Position numbers and translations under genes: made by a program
Shown here: piece by piece, positions 10,258 through 19,443 of the stretch
Position numbering within the stretch: position 1 is the first letter of the stretch
How the letters are laid out: each line of letters begins with the position of its first letter
Notes under the pieces: generated by a model
Databases searched by the model: none
Seen by the model: the letters and a program-made list of their open reading frames with translations, nothing else
Told to the model about the DNA's origin: nothing
From: Kiritimatiellia bacterium
Lineage (GTDB): Bacteria > Verrucomicrobiota > Kiritimatiellia > JAAZAB01
Assembly: GCA_040767085.1 (NCBI GenBank)
Contig: JAXGPF010000008.1
Location: forward strand, 128,001-192,000
DNA length: 64,000 nt
Direction of reading: 5' to 3'

Positions 10258-10836
10258 TTGCCATTGCTTAACGTCCCGGCGATTGCCGAACGATTGCGCC
10301 GGAGTAAAAATCACTGCCCCAATCCCTGTTTCCGGCATCAAACCAATCGAGGCGTACCGGACTTTACGCGCAAACTCGGCGGCGGATGGGCGGTGGACGG
10401 GGAAATGCAATGGAACGGCTACCCGTCTTTGCGTTTGCATAATGCTTCCGACACCAATGCTTTGGGATTCAAACCCGGCAATTTGCAGGGAACGCTGGGA
10501 TATGTTCCGGCCACCACACAACCGGAGAAAATGACTTTTTCGTTTTATGCGCGGAGCGACCAGCCGTCGGGTATTTTTGTCGGCTTGCAGATCGGGAATT
10601 ATTATGCGCCGGCGTCAACGCAAAAGTCATTTACCGTGACCACCGAATGGCAACGGCACCATATCACTTTTGACCTGCCGGCCACGGCGGACGCGAATCT
10701 GTGGCAGCGCGGTTATGAGATGGTTCCCCGGCGCGATACGACCGTCTGGATTACCGGGTTACAGTTGGAGGCCGGCGGCCAGCCGACGGCATTCCAGGAT
10801 GATTATCAGGCAGCGCTGGATGCAATTGGCCGTTAA
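10258..10836 (+). CDS. Carbohydrate-binding-like domain, probably the frameshifted C-terminus of the upstream gene
   Basis: TTG start without RBS; NPCF...TFSFYARS...TTEWQRH...VWITGLQLEAG galactose-binding-like pattern. Confidence 0.55.
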   Translation: MPLLNVPAIAERLRRSKNHCPNPCFRHQTNRGVPDFTRKLGGGWAVDGEMQWNGYPSLRLHNASDTNALGFKPGNLQGTLGYVPATTQPEKMTFSFYARSDQPSGIFVGLQIGNYYAPASTQKSFTVTTEWQRHHITFDLPATADANLWQRGYEMVPRRDTTVWITGLQLEAGGQPTAFQDDYQAALDAIGR

Positions 10837-10853
10837 AACCAAACGAGGAGCTA

Positions 10854-12338
10854 ATGATGAAATGGGTACGATTAATTATGATGATATGTGTTTGTTCGTC
10901 CTCATATTCCGCCACTCGTTATGTGGCGCTGGGGGGCGGCCATGACGCCGTCGGCGGCTATACCAACTGGACCGGCGCCGCCACCAGCATCATTGACGCG
11001 GTAAACGCCGCTCAGCCTGGCGAGACAATCCTGGTTTCGAACGGCTTGTACAAATTGACAAACCAGATCACTTTGGGCGCCAATAGCATGCGCAGTTGGA
11101 ACAACGGCGTCACCGACCGGGCCGGCACCATTATTGACGGTGATTTTTATGACAGCAAGCCGGTGACCAACCGCTGCGTGGAAATTACTGGCGCCAGCGC
11201 CCGGCTGGACGGATTCACGATTTCCAATGGCTGCGTCAGGTCCGCCGGCGGCGCCGGCATTCTGGTCGCCGCCGCCGCGGACTATGTCATAATCACCAAT
11301 TGTTTCATTACCCAAAACACCACAACGATCACAACTACGTCGTCCGGCGCCGGCGTGCGCATGAACGGCGTGGGCGGGATATTGACGCATTGCCTTGTTG
11401 TTTCCAATAGTGCGCCCATGTCCAGCAGCGCCGCCGCCGGCGGCGCGTATTTGTTCGGAACTGATAATACAATGGAATTTTGCGATGTGGGTTATAACCA
11501 AGCCCAGACCGCCGCCGGAGTCGCTGTTAATGCCGGTAACCGGGTGTCCAATTGCCGGATATATGGCAATAGCGCCGGCAGTTGGGGCGGCGGATTTTAC
11601 CTGAACGCTCCGGATGCAGTGCTGGAGGGCTGTGTTGTCAGCAATAATTCTGCCGGGGGTACGGGCGGTGGCGCCGCTTATTTGCGCCGTGGTGCTCTGC
11701 GCAATTGCATCCTGGTTGACAATCGCACTCCCGCCAATTATGGCGGCGGGCTCTACGTCAATGATCCTGTCGCCGAATTGACGATCGAAAGCTGCTTGTT
11801 TGTCAATAATGTCGCGTCAAACGCCTCTGCCGCTTACGGTGGCGGCCTGGCGATCCGGCATGTCGGCGCGGGAACCGGCAATGTGCAGTTGTTGAACTCC
11901 ACCTTCACTGGTAACTGGGGCCGCAATGGCAATGGCGGCGGGATATGGATGGAAGTCAGCGCGGCGAATGCGGATAAAGTCGCCATTAAAAACACCATTG
12001 CCGCCGGGAACAAAGTCGGGGCGTTTGACCGGGATATTGATGCGGTTGGCACCATCGGGGATGCTGCCGCCACAAATGGTTTTGTGTTTTGCTGTTCCCC
12101 GACTTTCGACTACTTTCCCCCTGGTCAAGGCAGTCTGCGCACCGATCCTTTGTTCGTATCGTCAACCGATTATCGCCTGCAAAGTGTTTCGCCTTGCGTT
12201 AACGCCGGCACGAACCAATCCTGGATGGCGGAATCGCTGGATTTGGATGGACACTCGCGGATTGACCGGTATTCAGGCCGGGTTGACATCGGGTGTTATG
12301 AATATTTTTTAAAGGGAACTCTGTTTGGAATACATTGA
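10854..12338 (+). CDS. Secreted right-handed parallel beta-helix protein with choice-of-anchor-Q-like tail
   Basis: GAGGAG RBS; repeated NC.I.GN.A...GGG units; DYRLQSVSPCVNAG..DLDG..R..VDIGCYE. Confidence 0.85.
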   Translation: MMKWVRLIMMICVCSSSYSATRYVALGGGHDAVGGYTNWTGAATSIIDAVNAAQPGETILVSNGLYKLTNQITLGANSMRSWNNGVTDRAGTIIDGDFYDSKPVTNRCVEITGASARLDGFTISNGCVRSAGGAGILVAAAADYVIITNCFITQNTTTITTTSSGAGVRMNGVGGILTHCLVVSNSAPMSSSAAAGGAYLFGTDNTMEFCDVGYNQAQTAAGVAVNAGNRVSNCRIYGNSAGSWGGGFYLNAPDAVLEGCVVSNNSAGGTGGGAAYLRRGALRNCILVDNRTPANYGGGLYVNDPVAELTIESCLFVNNVASNASAAYGGGLAIRHVGAGTGNVQLLNSTFTGNWGRNGNGGGIWMEVSAANADKVAIKNTIAAGNKVGAFDRDIDAVGTIGDAAATNGFVFCCSPTFDYFPPGQGSLRTDPLFVSSTDYRLQSVSPCVNAGTNQSWMAESLDLDGHSRIDRYSGRVDIGCYEYFLKGTLFGIH

Positions 12339-12719
12339 TCGGCATGATGGCCTGCCGTTTAATCCTCGGGTTTTGCCGGATTGTCGGCTTGCGCGGCCCG
12401 GTAATGCAAGCTGTAATTACGGCCAATTGTGTTTGGGCGGGATCGACATTAGCCGGTGGTGATCGGCGCCCAAAAGCTTGGCGGTGGCGGCGGCGGTGCC
12501 CGCGGCAAAGGCGCAGCAATGGCTGCGCTGGGCCATTCCCCGGCCGCACATGGCGGCGGTCCAGCGTAAGTTGGTCATGCCGGCCGCGGATGTGGGCTGC
12601 TGAGAATACATCTCCCACGGCACGCTGTTCCATGTGCGATGAACACCGTTTTTCAGGGCCTGAATGATACGCCACGGTCTGCCGGCAGCGCCAGCCGGCG
12701 CGGCATAATCATGGCCGGG

Positions 12720-13148
12720 TCAGGTAGGGCGCCGTTTCAGGAAAGCCGCCAGTTTGCGGTCGTCGGTTTGCACCTGGTCGCAGAACCATTCGATCAGCCA
12801 CCGGCTCATCTGGACGGTGAATGTGTCCATGTCGGTCAAGTCTTTCATGCCGGCGGAAAGCGAATCCGTGCGATCGCGGAAAATGTTATGCTTGGCGCGA
12901 TGCTCGGCGTAGGCAGGATATTGATGCTCGAGCATGACCAGTTCCTCCGCGTCAAAATGCTCCATGGCGTATTTTAACACGGCATCCATGGCGCCGGACA
13001 ATTCCCGGCGCGAGACGCCCCCGCGCATTGCCTGCGCAAAGAGACTTTCCACCAGGTTGGCGTATTCCGCATGTTGCCGGTCAATCAGGGGGATGCCGGT
13101 TATCAGCAATCGCCGGTCGAATTGAATGACTTTTCCGGTAATTTTCAT
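12720..13148 (-). CDS. Bacteriohemerythrin-family protein
   Basis: TGIPLIDRQH, HFDAEE.VM...YP...EH...H motifs. Confidence 0.88.
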   Translation of the reverse strand: MKITGKVIQFDRRLLITGIPLIDRQHAEYANLVESLFAQAMRGGVSRRELSGAMDAVLKYAMEHFDAEELVMLEHQYPAYAEHRAKHNIFRDRTDSLSAGMKDLTDMDTFTVQMSRWLIEWFCDQVQTDDRKLAAFLKRRPT

Positions 13149-13266
13149 GGGCCGTAACTTGTGCCGAACCGGTTAAACAATGAAAATCAGAGCATATTAG
13201 AATCATTTCGGACTGTCAAATCATAATCGCGGGATGACGCAGCCGTGATGCAGCCGCAACCGGGGA

Positions 13267-13295
13267 TTGACATTGCCGCGGCAATGTGTCAGATT
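13267..13295 (+). promoter_or_regulatory. TTGACA -35 overlapped by perfect 18-bp palindrome upstream of sod
   Basis: TTGACA 13267-13272; ACATTGCCGCGGCAATGT 13270-13287. Confidence 0.45.
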
Positions 13296-13367
13296 AATTG
13301 CGAAGATGCAACGCCGGAGTGGCGGCGGCTTACAGCGGGATGCTTGAATCATATATGGGAGGTAGCC

Positions 13368-14072
13368 ATGAAAAGCGGATTGACGATGATCGCGGCGGCA
13401 TTTCTGTTGGCGGCATGGGCGCCATGGGCGCGCTCGCAGGATAAGGTCCCGGCCGGTTTCGAATTTCCGGCCTTGCCTTACGCCTACGATGCGCTGGAGC
13501 CTTACATTGACGCGCAGACGATGGAAATCCACTACAGCCGGCATCACAAGGCCTATTACAATAATTTTCTCAAAGCCGTTGCCGGGACCGATTACGAGCG
13601 GCAGGCCATGCCGCAGATTTTCGCCGGCATCAGCCAGGCGCCCGCCGCGGTGCGCAACATGGGCGGCGGCTATTACAATCATAACCTGTTTTGGGCAAAC
13701 CTGTCGCCGGCGCCGGGCGAACCTTCGGATGCCTTGAAGAACGCTCTGGATGCCAGCTTCGGCTCGATCGCGGCCTTTCAGGAAGCATTCAGCAAGGCGT
13801 CGTCATCAGTTTTCGGCAGCGGCTGGACCTGGCTGGTGCTGGCGGACGGCGGGAAACTGGAGATTGTTTCCACCGCCAACCAGGATAACCCGCTGATGGA
13901 TGTAGCCGCCGTGCGGGGCGCGCCGCTGCTGGCGCTGGATGTCTGGGAACACGCGTACTACCTCAAATATCAGAACAAGCGCGGGGATTACATTGCCGCC
14001 TTCTGGAAGGTGGTCAACTGGGCCGAAGTCAGCCGGCGCTATGCCGCGGCTTTGGATGCTGGGGTAAAATAG
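13368..14072 (+). CDS. Fe/Mn superoxide dismutase (Mn-type signatures) with signal peptide
   Basis: LPYAYDALEP, H.SRHH..Y, GGGYYNH, FGSGW.WL, NQDNP, DVWEHAYY; GGAGG RBS. Confidence 0.95.
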   Translation: MKSGLTMIAAAFLLAAWAPWARSQDKVPAGFEFPALPYAYDALEPYIDAQTMEIHYSRHHKAYYNNFLKAVAGTDYERQAMPQIFAGISQAPAAVRNMGGGYYNHNLFWANLSPAPGEPSDALKNALDASFGSIAAFQEAFSKASSSVFGSGWTWLVLADGGKLEIVSTANQDNPLMDVAAVRGAPLLALDVWEHAYYLKYQNKRGDYIAAFWKVVNWAEVSRRYAAALDAGVK

Positions 14073-14264
14073 ATTTTTTGCCGGCAAGCCGGCCAGCATC
14101 ACCGGCGCGGTCCGCCGGAGGCTGTCCTCCACTGGTGGAGCCGGGACGCCCTCGTCCCGGCCTGCCGTGTTACAGTCGGAATCAAAATCGGCGCCGGGAC
14201 CATGGCCGCCAAAGCAGATCATTCATAACAGCGCGCCCATGGCCCGCCGCCGCGGAAAATTTAG

Positions 14265-15665
14265 TGTTCGTAACAAGTCAAGTGTCCGCTTTTTGTAACA
14301 AGTGATCTGTCCGATTTGTTATTGTGTGTTGTTGCTCCTGGGGTGAGGATTTTCCTCCCCCGCGGGGGAGGAAAAAGTTTATGCGACGTCCTCCAGCGAC
14401 GCCGAAATGTTCAACGGTCCTTGGTAGCGGCCAACCACATGCGGGCCATAACGGATGGACACCGTGCCATCGAGGTGCTCGCAGACTTTAACCCGGCACT
14501 TGGCGAAGCTGAAACGCCATTTTGATGGTCCAATCTGCAAGCGGCGACTCCCGACAGCCACGGTATTGTCATTTTGAACCTCTCGCGCATGCTGCACACA
14601 GAAAATGCTGTCCAAATCCTGCTCACCGCAAGGCACGAAACACGTTCCTGTTTCCCGCGCCTTCACCTTCATGTTGCGATTGAAGGAAGGCAGAAACTGT
14701 TGTTGAATATAGACGTTGGCCTCGGCCATCGTCCGGATTCCCGCCTGCCTTAATTCCTGCGGCAGGCGCCCTTGCCAGGTCTTAAACATCCGCTCTATTC
14801 GCCCACGTCCCTGGGGGCTATAGCTCGGAATATGTTCGATCCCCAACTGTTGCAACGCCCGTCCAATTTGCGTCAATTGACGCCGGTCCACCGCCCCGCC
14901 TTCTTTGGGCGTATAAAAGAAATGACTGCCACGATCCGTGTACAGACTGCAGAAAACCCCATGTTTAATAATGACTTCTTTCAACCCCTTCATCACCGTT
15001 AATGTCCCTTCCTGGGGCACAAGATAGGCCGTGTAGACTTCGCTGGTGGCATCGTCCATCACCAGGATCAGATCCTGCTTCTGGCCCGCCAGCAGGGGCA
15101 ACCAGGCATGGGTGCTGCCATCCACCATCAACATCATCCCCGCCATTGGTCGCCGTTCCCGCTGCTGCCGATGCGGCCCTCGTTTCCGGGCCTTCGCCAC
15201 CAACCCGGCCGTCTGCAAGGCGCTCTTGACCCACTGATAACTGAGCTCGATCCCATGCTCCGCCTGCAGCTTCTCGTGAAAATGCCTCACATTGAAATCC
15301 ATGTATTCTTCTCGGTACAACCTCAGCACCTGCTTCACCGTCGCAAGGGGCACGCGCCGCGGCCCCGGTATCTTCCGCCGACGATCCAGCAGCCCGTCGT
15401 AACCATACCGCTCGTAGCGCCCTTTCCAGCGCCGCATGGTCCGGTAGCTCACACCTAGTATCTCCGCCGCCTCCCACCACATTAACCGCCCTTCAATCGC
15501 ACGCAAGATCACTTCCTGTACCTTCATTGCCCGCTCCAGTGCTGCCTTCGGATATTCATCCATATAACCCCCCTTTGAATGCACCATCCTGACAGCTTTA
15601 AGCGGACAAATCATTTGTTAATTATGCGGCCAAGTCATTTGTTTACGACACATTTGTTTACGACA
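14265..15665 (-). mobile_element. IS1202-family (formerly ISNCY) insertion sequence
   Basis: TGT...ACA ends with internally repeated TAACAAGT..TGTCCG motifs; 16-bp TSD GCCGCGGAAAATTTAG at 14249-14264 and 15666-15681. Confidence 0.9.
14379..15563 (-). CDS. IS1202/ISNCY-type DDE transposase
   Basis: HTH N-terminus (EAAEILGVSYRTMRRW), DGS.H.W, MDDATS, YTDRGSHF, SPQGRGRIER...TWQGRL. Confidence 0.93.
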   Translation of the reverse strand: MDEYPKAALERAMKVQEVILRAIEGRLMWWEAAEILGVSYRTMRRWKGRYERYGYDGLLDRRRKIPGPRRVPLATVKQVLRLYREEYMDFNVRHFHEKLQAEHGIELSYQWVKSALQTAGLVAKARKRGPHRQQRERRPMAGMMLMVDGSTHAWLPLLAGQKQDLILVMDDATSEVYTAYLVPQEGTLTVMKGLKEVIIKHGVFCSLYTDRGSHFFYTPKEGGAVDRRQLTQIGRALQQLGIEHIPSYSPQGRGRIERMFKTWQGRLPQELRQAGIRTMAEANVYIQQQFLPSFNRNMKVKARETGTCFVPCGEQDLDSIFCVQHAREVQNDNTVAVGSRRLQIGPSKWRFSFAKCRVKVCEHLDGTVSIRYGPHVVGRYQGPLNISASLEDVA

Positions 15666-15681
15666 GCCGCGGAAAATTTAG

Positions 15682-15709
15682 TTGACAATCATGCAATAAA
15701 GAATATAAG
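15682..15709 (+). promoter_or_regulatory. sigma70-like promoter
   Basis: TTGACA-16 bp-TATAAG immediately right of the IS TSD. Confidence 0.5.
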
Positions 15710-15759
15710 GCAAAATCAAGATGGTACTAAGTCATGGAGGACCAATTAACGGAGGCGGT

Positions 15760-17430
15760 ATGCACCACTTGAAATTTGCGGTTTGGTCAGCGTTCATGGC
15801 GGGCGCGGTCATGACTGCTTCGGCGGCCATCAGTTTAACCGATATCGGTTTTAACGATGCCAACGCCGGCCCGGTGGAAATCACCGCCGATGTGGCTGGC
15901 ACGGGGTCCAGCGGCGGCATCGTGTCCTGGGAGGCCGCGCTTGACAGCGGACTCCTGAAATTGTACCGGGCGCCGGAGATGCTGGAGCCGGGGACGAATT
16001 TCTGGTCCTCATCGTGGAATCCCTATTTCCGCGGCAGGTATGATTTCGATCTGACCGCGGTGGATTTTCCCCCCACCGCGCCGCCGGCGGAATACCAATG
16101 CTCCCACACGGTCGGCGCGGCGCGCGCGATTTCCGGCGCGTTGAATGCCCTGCAATACAGCAACAGTTTTTCCGGCGGCGCCTGGGCCGGCCTGGATCTC
16201 TCCAAGGTGACCCTCCATTGCATCGGCTACAATGCGGATGAAACGGAAGTGGCTTCCATCGGCTGCAACCTGCTGAACGCCAATTTTGAGCCAACATCGG
16301 GGATGTCGCCGGAAGTGACGGACATCGGTTTTACCGATATCAGTTCCAATTATCCGGCCGGCACCGTGTTCCGGTTTGATGTTGACCTGCATGCCCGCCC
16401 GACATCCATCATGGGATTTGGCGGATTATCGCGCTTCGTCTGGGCGCCGCAGGATCAGGGCAATCCCGCCGGGGCGGGCAACCTGTCCGTGGATGTCGCG
16501 AGTTGCAGCCCCTGGCGCAGCTCTTACACTTACCCGCTGGGAGCGCATGCCGGCTTTGCGCCGCTGTTTTTCGGGGACCCGGAGGACGCGGAGGAATTCG
16601 AAGGCGCGCTGATGTGCACCACCGCCCATTACCTGGATGTCGCGCCTTCGCTGTCGGAGGACGAGGCCGATCGCATCGGGCTGGTGGTGGACGGCCATGC
16701 CGGCACCACCAATTATCTGCAGATTTTCCTGCCGGACCGGATTCTGGAAGCCTGGGGGATCACCAACCTTGAAAACGCCGCCGCGGTGCAAGCGCAACTC
16801 GGGTATTTTGTGGATGGACTGGAATTGGACGAGGACGTCGCCGCGCCGGTCGTCATGCGGCTGGAAGATGCCGGCGGAATTTTTCAATTCGACTGGGATG
16901 GCGACGGCGCCATGGACGACGGCTGCCTCGTGCGTTTCACTTTCGTGTTTCCGGCGGAACCTTTATCGGCCGGCCGCGCCAATCAGCGGGGCTTGGCCGT
17001 GGAAGTCGGGCCGCACGCCACGCCCCCCGCGCCGAAGCCGGGGCCTTCCATCCAGGTCAACGGCCGGACCGGCGAGGTAGCCCTGGCGGTCGGCGAGTGG
17101 ATGAACATAACCGTGGCCATGAATGCAGGTCAATACGCGGGGGCGCCGGTGGACTGGTGGTTTGTGGTTTGCTCCCTTTCCGCGCAGCCCGTCTGGTATT
17201 GCATGAACACCGCCGGTCAGTTGGAGGTGTTTGACGGCAATAACCTGGCGACCTGCCGGCCGGCGTTGCAAGTGCCGCTGTTCGACCTCCCGCCGTATTC
17301 CGTCGTCAACATGCCCATGCCCCCCGGCAATTACCAGATCTGGTTCGCCGTGGATTATCCCATGGATGGGGTGCTGGATGTGCAGGGACAGTTTTTGATG
17401 GACACCGTCACCATTAATGGCATCCAGTGA
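15760..17430 (+). CDS. Secreted acidic hypothetical protein with C-terminal beta-sandwich-like module
   Basis: GGAGG RBS; signal peptide ...TASA; Pro linker then VNG...GQYAG.PVDWW...GNYQIWFAVDYPMDG. Confidence 0.75.
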   Translation: MHHLKFAVWSAFMAGAVMTASAAISLTDIGFNDANAGPVEITADVAGTGSSGGIVSWEAALDSGLLKLYRAPEMLEPGTNFWSSSWNPYFRGRYDFDLTAVDFPPTAPPAEYQCSHTVGAARAISGALNALQYSNSFSGGAWAGLDLSKVTLHCIGYNADETEVASIGCNLLNANFEPTSGMSPEVTDIGFTDISSNYPAGTVFRFDVDLHARPTSIMGFGGLSRFVWAPQDQGNPAGAGNLSVDVASCSPWRSSYTYPLGAHAGFAPLFFGDPEDAEEFEGALMCTTAHYLDVAPSLSEDEADRIGLVVDGHAGTTNYLQIFLPDRILEAWGITNLENAAAVQAQLGYFVDGLELDEDVAAPVVMRLEDAGGIFQFDWDGDGAMDDGCLVRFTFVFPAEPLSAGRANQRGLAVEVGPHATPPAPKPGPSIQVNGRTGEVALAVGEWMNITVAMNAGQYAGAPVDWWFVVCSLSAQPVWYCMNTAGQLEVFDGNNLATCRPALQVPLFDLPPYSVVNMPMPPGNYQIWFAVDYPMDGVLDVQGQFLMDTVTINGIQ

Positions 17431-17459
17431 CAGCGGCGCGGGATGGCTGCGCCGGGACG

Positions 17460-18449
17460 TTACCCGGCGCGCCCGTGGCGTTCCATTGCGGATTGAACAA
17501 TCTGGCAGAGCATGCGCCGGTATCCTTCGGCCGGGTCGCTGGTTGGATGATAAAGCGCGTAAATCTGCGGACTCCAGCTCTTCAGCGGTTTCAAGCCGGG
17601 GATGCCGTTGACCTCAATCACCTTCAATCGTCCGCCGGCATCCATCCGCATGTCAATGCGGATGTGATCATGACAATCCAGGGCCGCCGCGGCTGCCCTG
17701 GCCAGTTGCCGCGCTGCTTCATCCTGCTCTGCCGGGATGCTGATTTTCGTGACGCCGACCCCGCGCAAATCGCTGCGTAAAATCCGGTGTTTGCCGTAGA
17801 GCGCCTCATCCACCGTGACCAGGCCGGGTAAAAATTCCTGGCCTGCGCCGTTGCCCAGCATCAAGACCGTGTATTCCCGGCCCGGCAGGTATTCCTCGAG
17901 CAGCGCCGCCTGTTGAAATGTGTCGTGAATATACTTCACCCGCCGCGCCAATTCCTCCAGCGAATGCACCACGCTTTCATCGCTGATGCCCACGGAGCGG
18001 GATTCCGCGCAGGGCTTGACGAAAGCCGGGTAGGCGACCTCCGGCAAATCCGCGGCGGGAAGCGCCAGCCAATTGGCGGGCACGCGCACTCCATGGGCCT
18101 GCAGGATGCGATGGGTGGCGGCTTTGTCGATCAGGTTTTTCATGGTTTGCGCGTTGGGCCCGATATAGGGAATGCCGCGCGCATCCAGCAGGTCCGCCAC
18201 CCATAAATTGCCGTCGGCGTTCAGGCCGATAATATCCGCGCGCGGCGTGATGTAATACAGGGCCGACCAGACCAGGCCGCCGGCTTGGCCGGCGATGGCT
18301 TGTTCGAAGTCCGCAAGTGTTTCCACCCAGGCGATGCGCGCGTCGAACCCGCCCGCGGTCAAGGCGTCGCGCATGCATTCCGTCACGCGCATATCGCCCC
18401 AACCCTGGGCGTCGCCGCCCGGCCCGGTGATTAATAAAATCCTCTTCAT
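17460..18449 (-). CDS. D-Ala-D-Ala ligase-family ATP-grasp protein
   Basis: GIPYIG, FVKP..E..S.GI, EEYLPGREYTV, RID.R, EVN.IPGL. Confidence 0.85.
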   Translation of the reverse strand: MKRILLITGPGGDAQGWGDMRVTECMRDALTAGGFDARIAWVETLADFEQAIAGQAGGLVWSALYYITPRADIIGLNADGNLWVADLLDARGIPYIGPNAQTMKNLIDKAATHRILQAHGVRVPANWLALPAADLPEVAYPAFVKPCAESRSVGISDESVVHSLEELARRVKYIHDTFQQAALLEEYLPGREYTVLMLGNGAGQEFLPGLVTVDEALYGKHRILRSDLRGVGVTKISIPAEQDEAARQLARAAAAALDCHDHIRIDMRMDAGGRLKVIEVNGIPGLKPLKSWSPQIYALYHPTSDPAEGYRRMLCQIVQSAMERHGRAG

Positions 18450-18490
18450 GATAGAACTCCTTCCGGCAGAATCAAAATGAATGAATTGAA

Positions 18491-19399
18491 TCAGCAGACA
18501 AACAGCCCGGGATCGTGCCGGTACTGCCGCAGCGCCGCGGCCGTTGCCGGCGAGACCGGCGCCAGCGCCCGGCTGATGGCCCGGATTTTCTCAGCGGTGA
18601 ATGTGGTTTTCGCCACCATGGTTACGGAGATGCGCGGCGCTGGAAATGTACCGGCCCGCCCCGGTCCCGCCAGGCAGGCGCTCATGGCGCGGTTGGGATT
18701 CAGGATGACCGCGGGGCCTTGCGTATGGCGCGCCAGGCTTTTCTCGAACAGTTGCCGGCTGTAGCCGAAATGCGTGCAGCAGAGCGCCGCCGCCAGCGGT
18801 TGCCGCCGGTCCGGCAGTCGCGCCACCGCCTGGCGGACGTAATCCTCGATCATGCCGGCCACCAGCGGCCGCTCCGGGCCGTTTTCGATTTCGCCGGCCA
18901 GTCGGTCGCAGGGTTGGGTGATTATCCGGTCGGCGTCTGTGCCGCGCGCGATCAATCGCGCGGCATGCGTGTTGGCTTCAATGGTAGTCGGTGTGCCGAA
19001 TATGATCACCCGCCCGGCCGGCGCGGCCTGCAGATACGTCTGCATTAATTCCACGCCGAAATCAATGATGTCCACCACCGGGATGGCGGCCCGGCGACGG
19101 AAGGGCGTATGTTCATACAGGACGGACAGCGTATTGCAGGCGATCAGGATCGCGTCGGGTTGCAGCCGCTGCATGCCTTCCAGGGCGCAGTTGAAAACAC
19201 GGATTTTTTCCGCCATGTCCGGCAGCATGTTGTAACCCCGGCGCTGCTCCGGGCGGGCGTCAAAGCAGACGATCTCCGCCGCCTCGAAATCGCCGCGGCG
19301 CGCCAGGTTTGCCGCCAGTTCCGCGCAAACGGAGAGGCCGCCGAGGCCGGAGTCGGTGATGATTATTCTGACCGCTTTTTTATCCAATACGGTATGCAT
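18491..19399 (-). CDS. Glutamate/aspartate racemase-family protein
   Basis: DSGLGGLSV, IACNT, LCCTHF (two catalytic Cys). Confidence 0.9.
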   Translation of the reverse strand: MHTVLDKKAVRIIITDSGLGGLSVCAELAANLARRGDFEAAEIVCFDARPEQRRGYNMLPDMAEKIRVFNCALEGMQRLQPDAILIACNTLSVLYEHTPFRRRAAIPVVDIIDFGVELMQTYLQAAPAGRVIIFGTPTTIEANTHAARLIARGTDADRIITQPCDRLAGEIENGPERPLVAGMIEDYVRQAVARLPDRRQPLAAALCCTHFGYSRQLFEKSLARHTQGPAVILNPNRAMSACLAGPGRAGTFPAPRISVTMVAKTTFTAEKIRAISRALAPVSPATAAALRQYRHDPGLFVC

Positions 19400-19443
19400 A
19401 AGTTTTTGGCGCACGCGCCGGCCAGCATGCCGCCCGGCGCAGC

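Noticed and set aside
12339-12719. Short ORFs on both strands in this gap
   Set aside because: No RBS, motif or coding-like composition
13195-13215. PerR/Fur box between hemerythrin and sod
   Set aside because: Only a half-site (TTAGAATCATT) matches
14200-14264. XerCD/dif target next to the IS1202-family element
   Set aside because: Flanks lack a recognisable XerC/XerD arm pair, and the TSD is long
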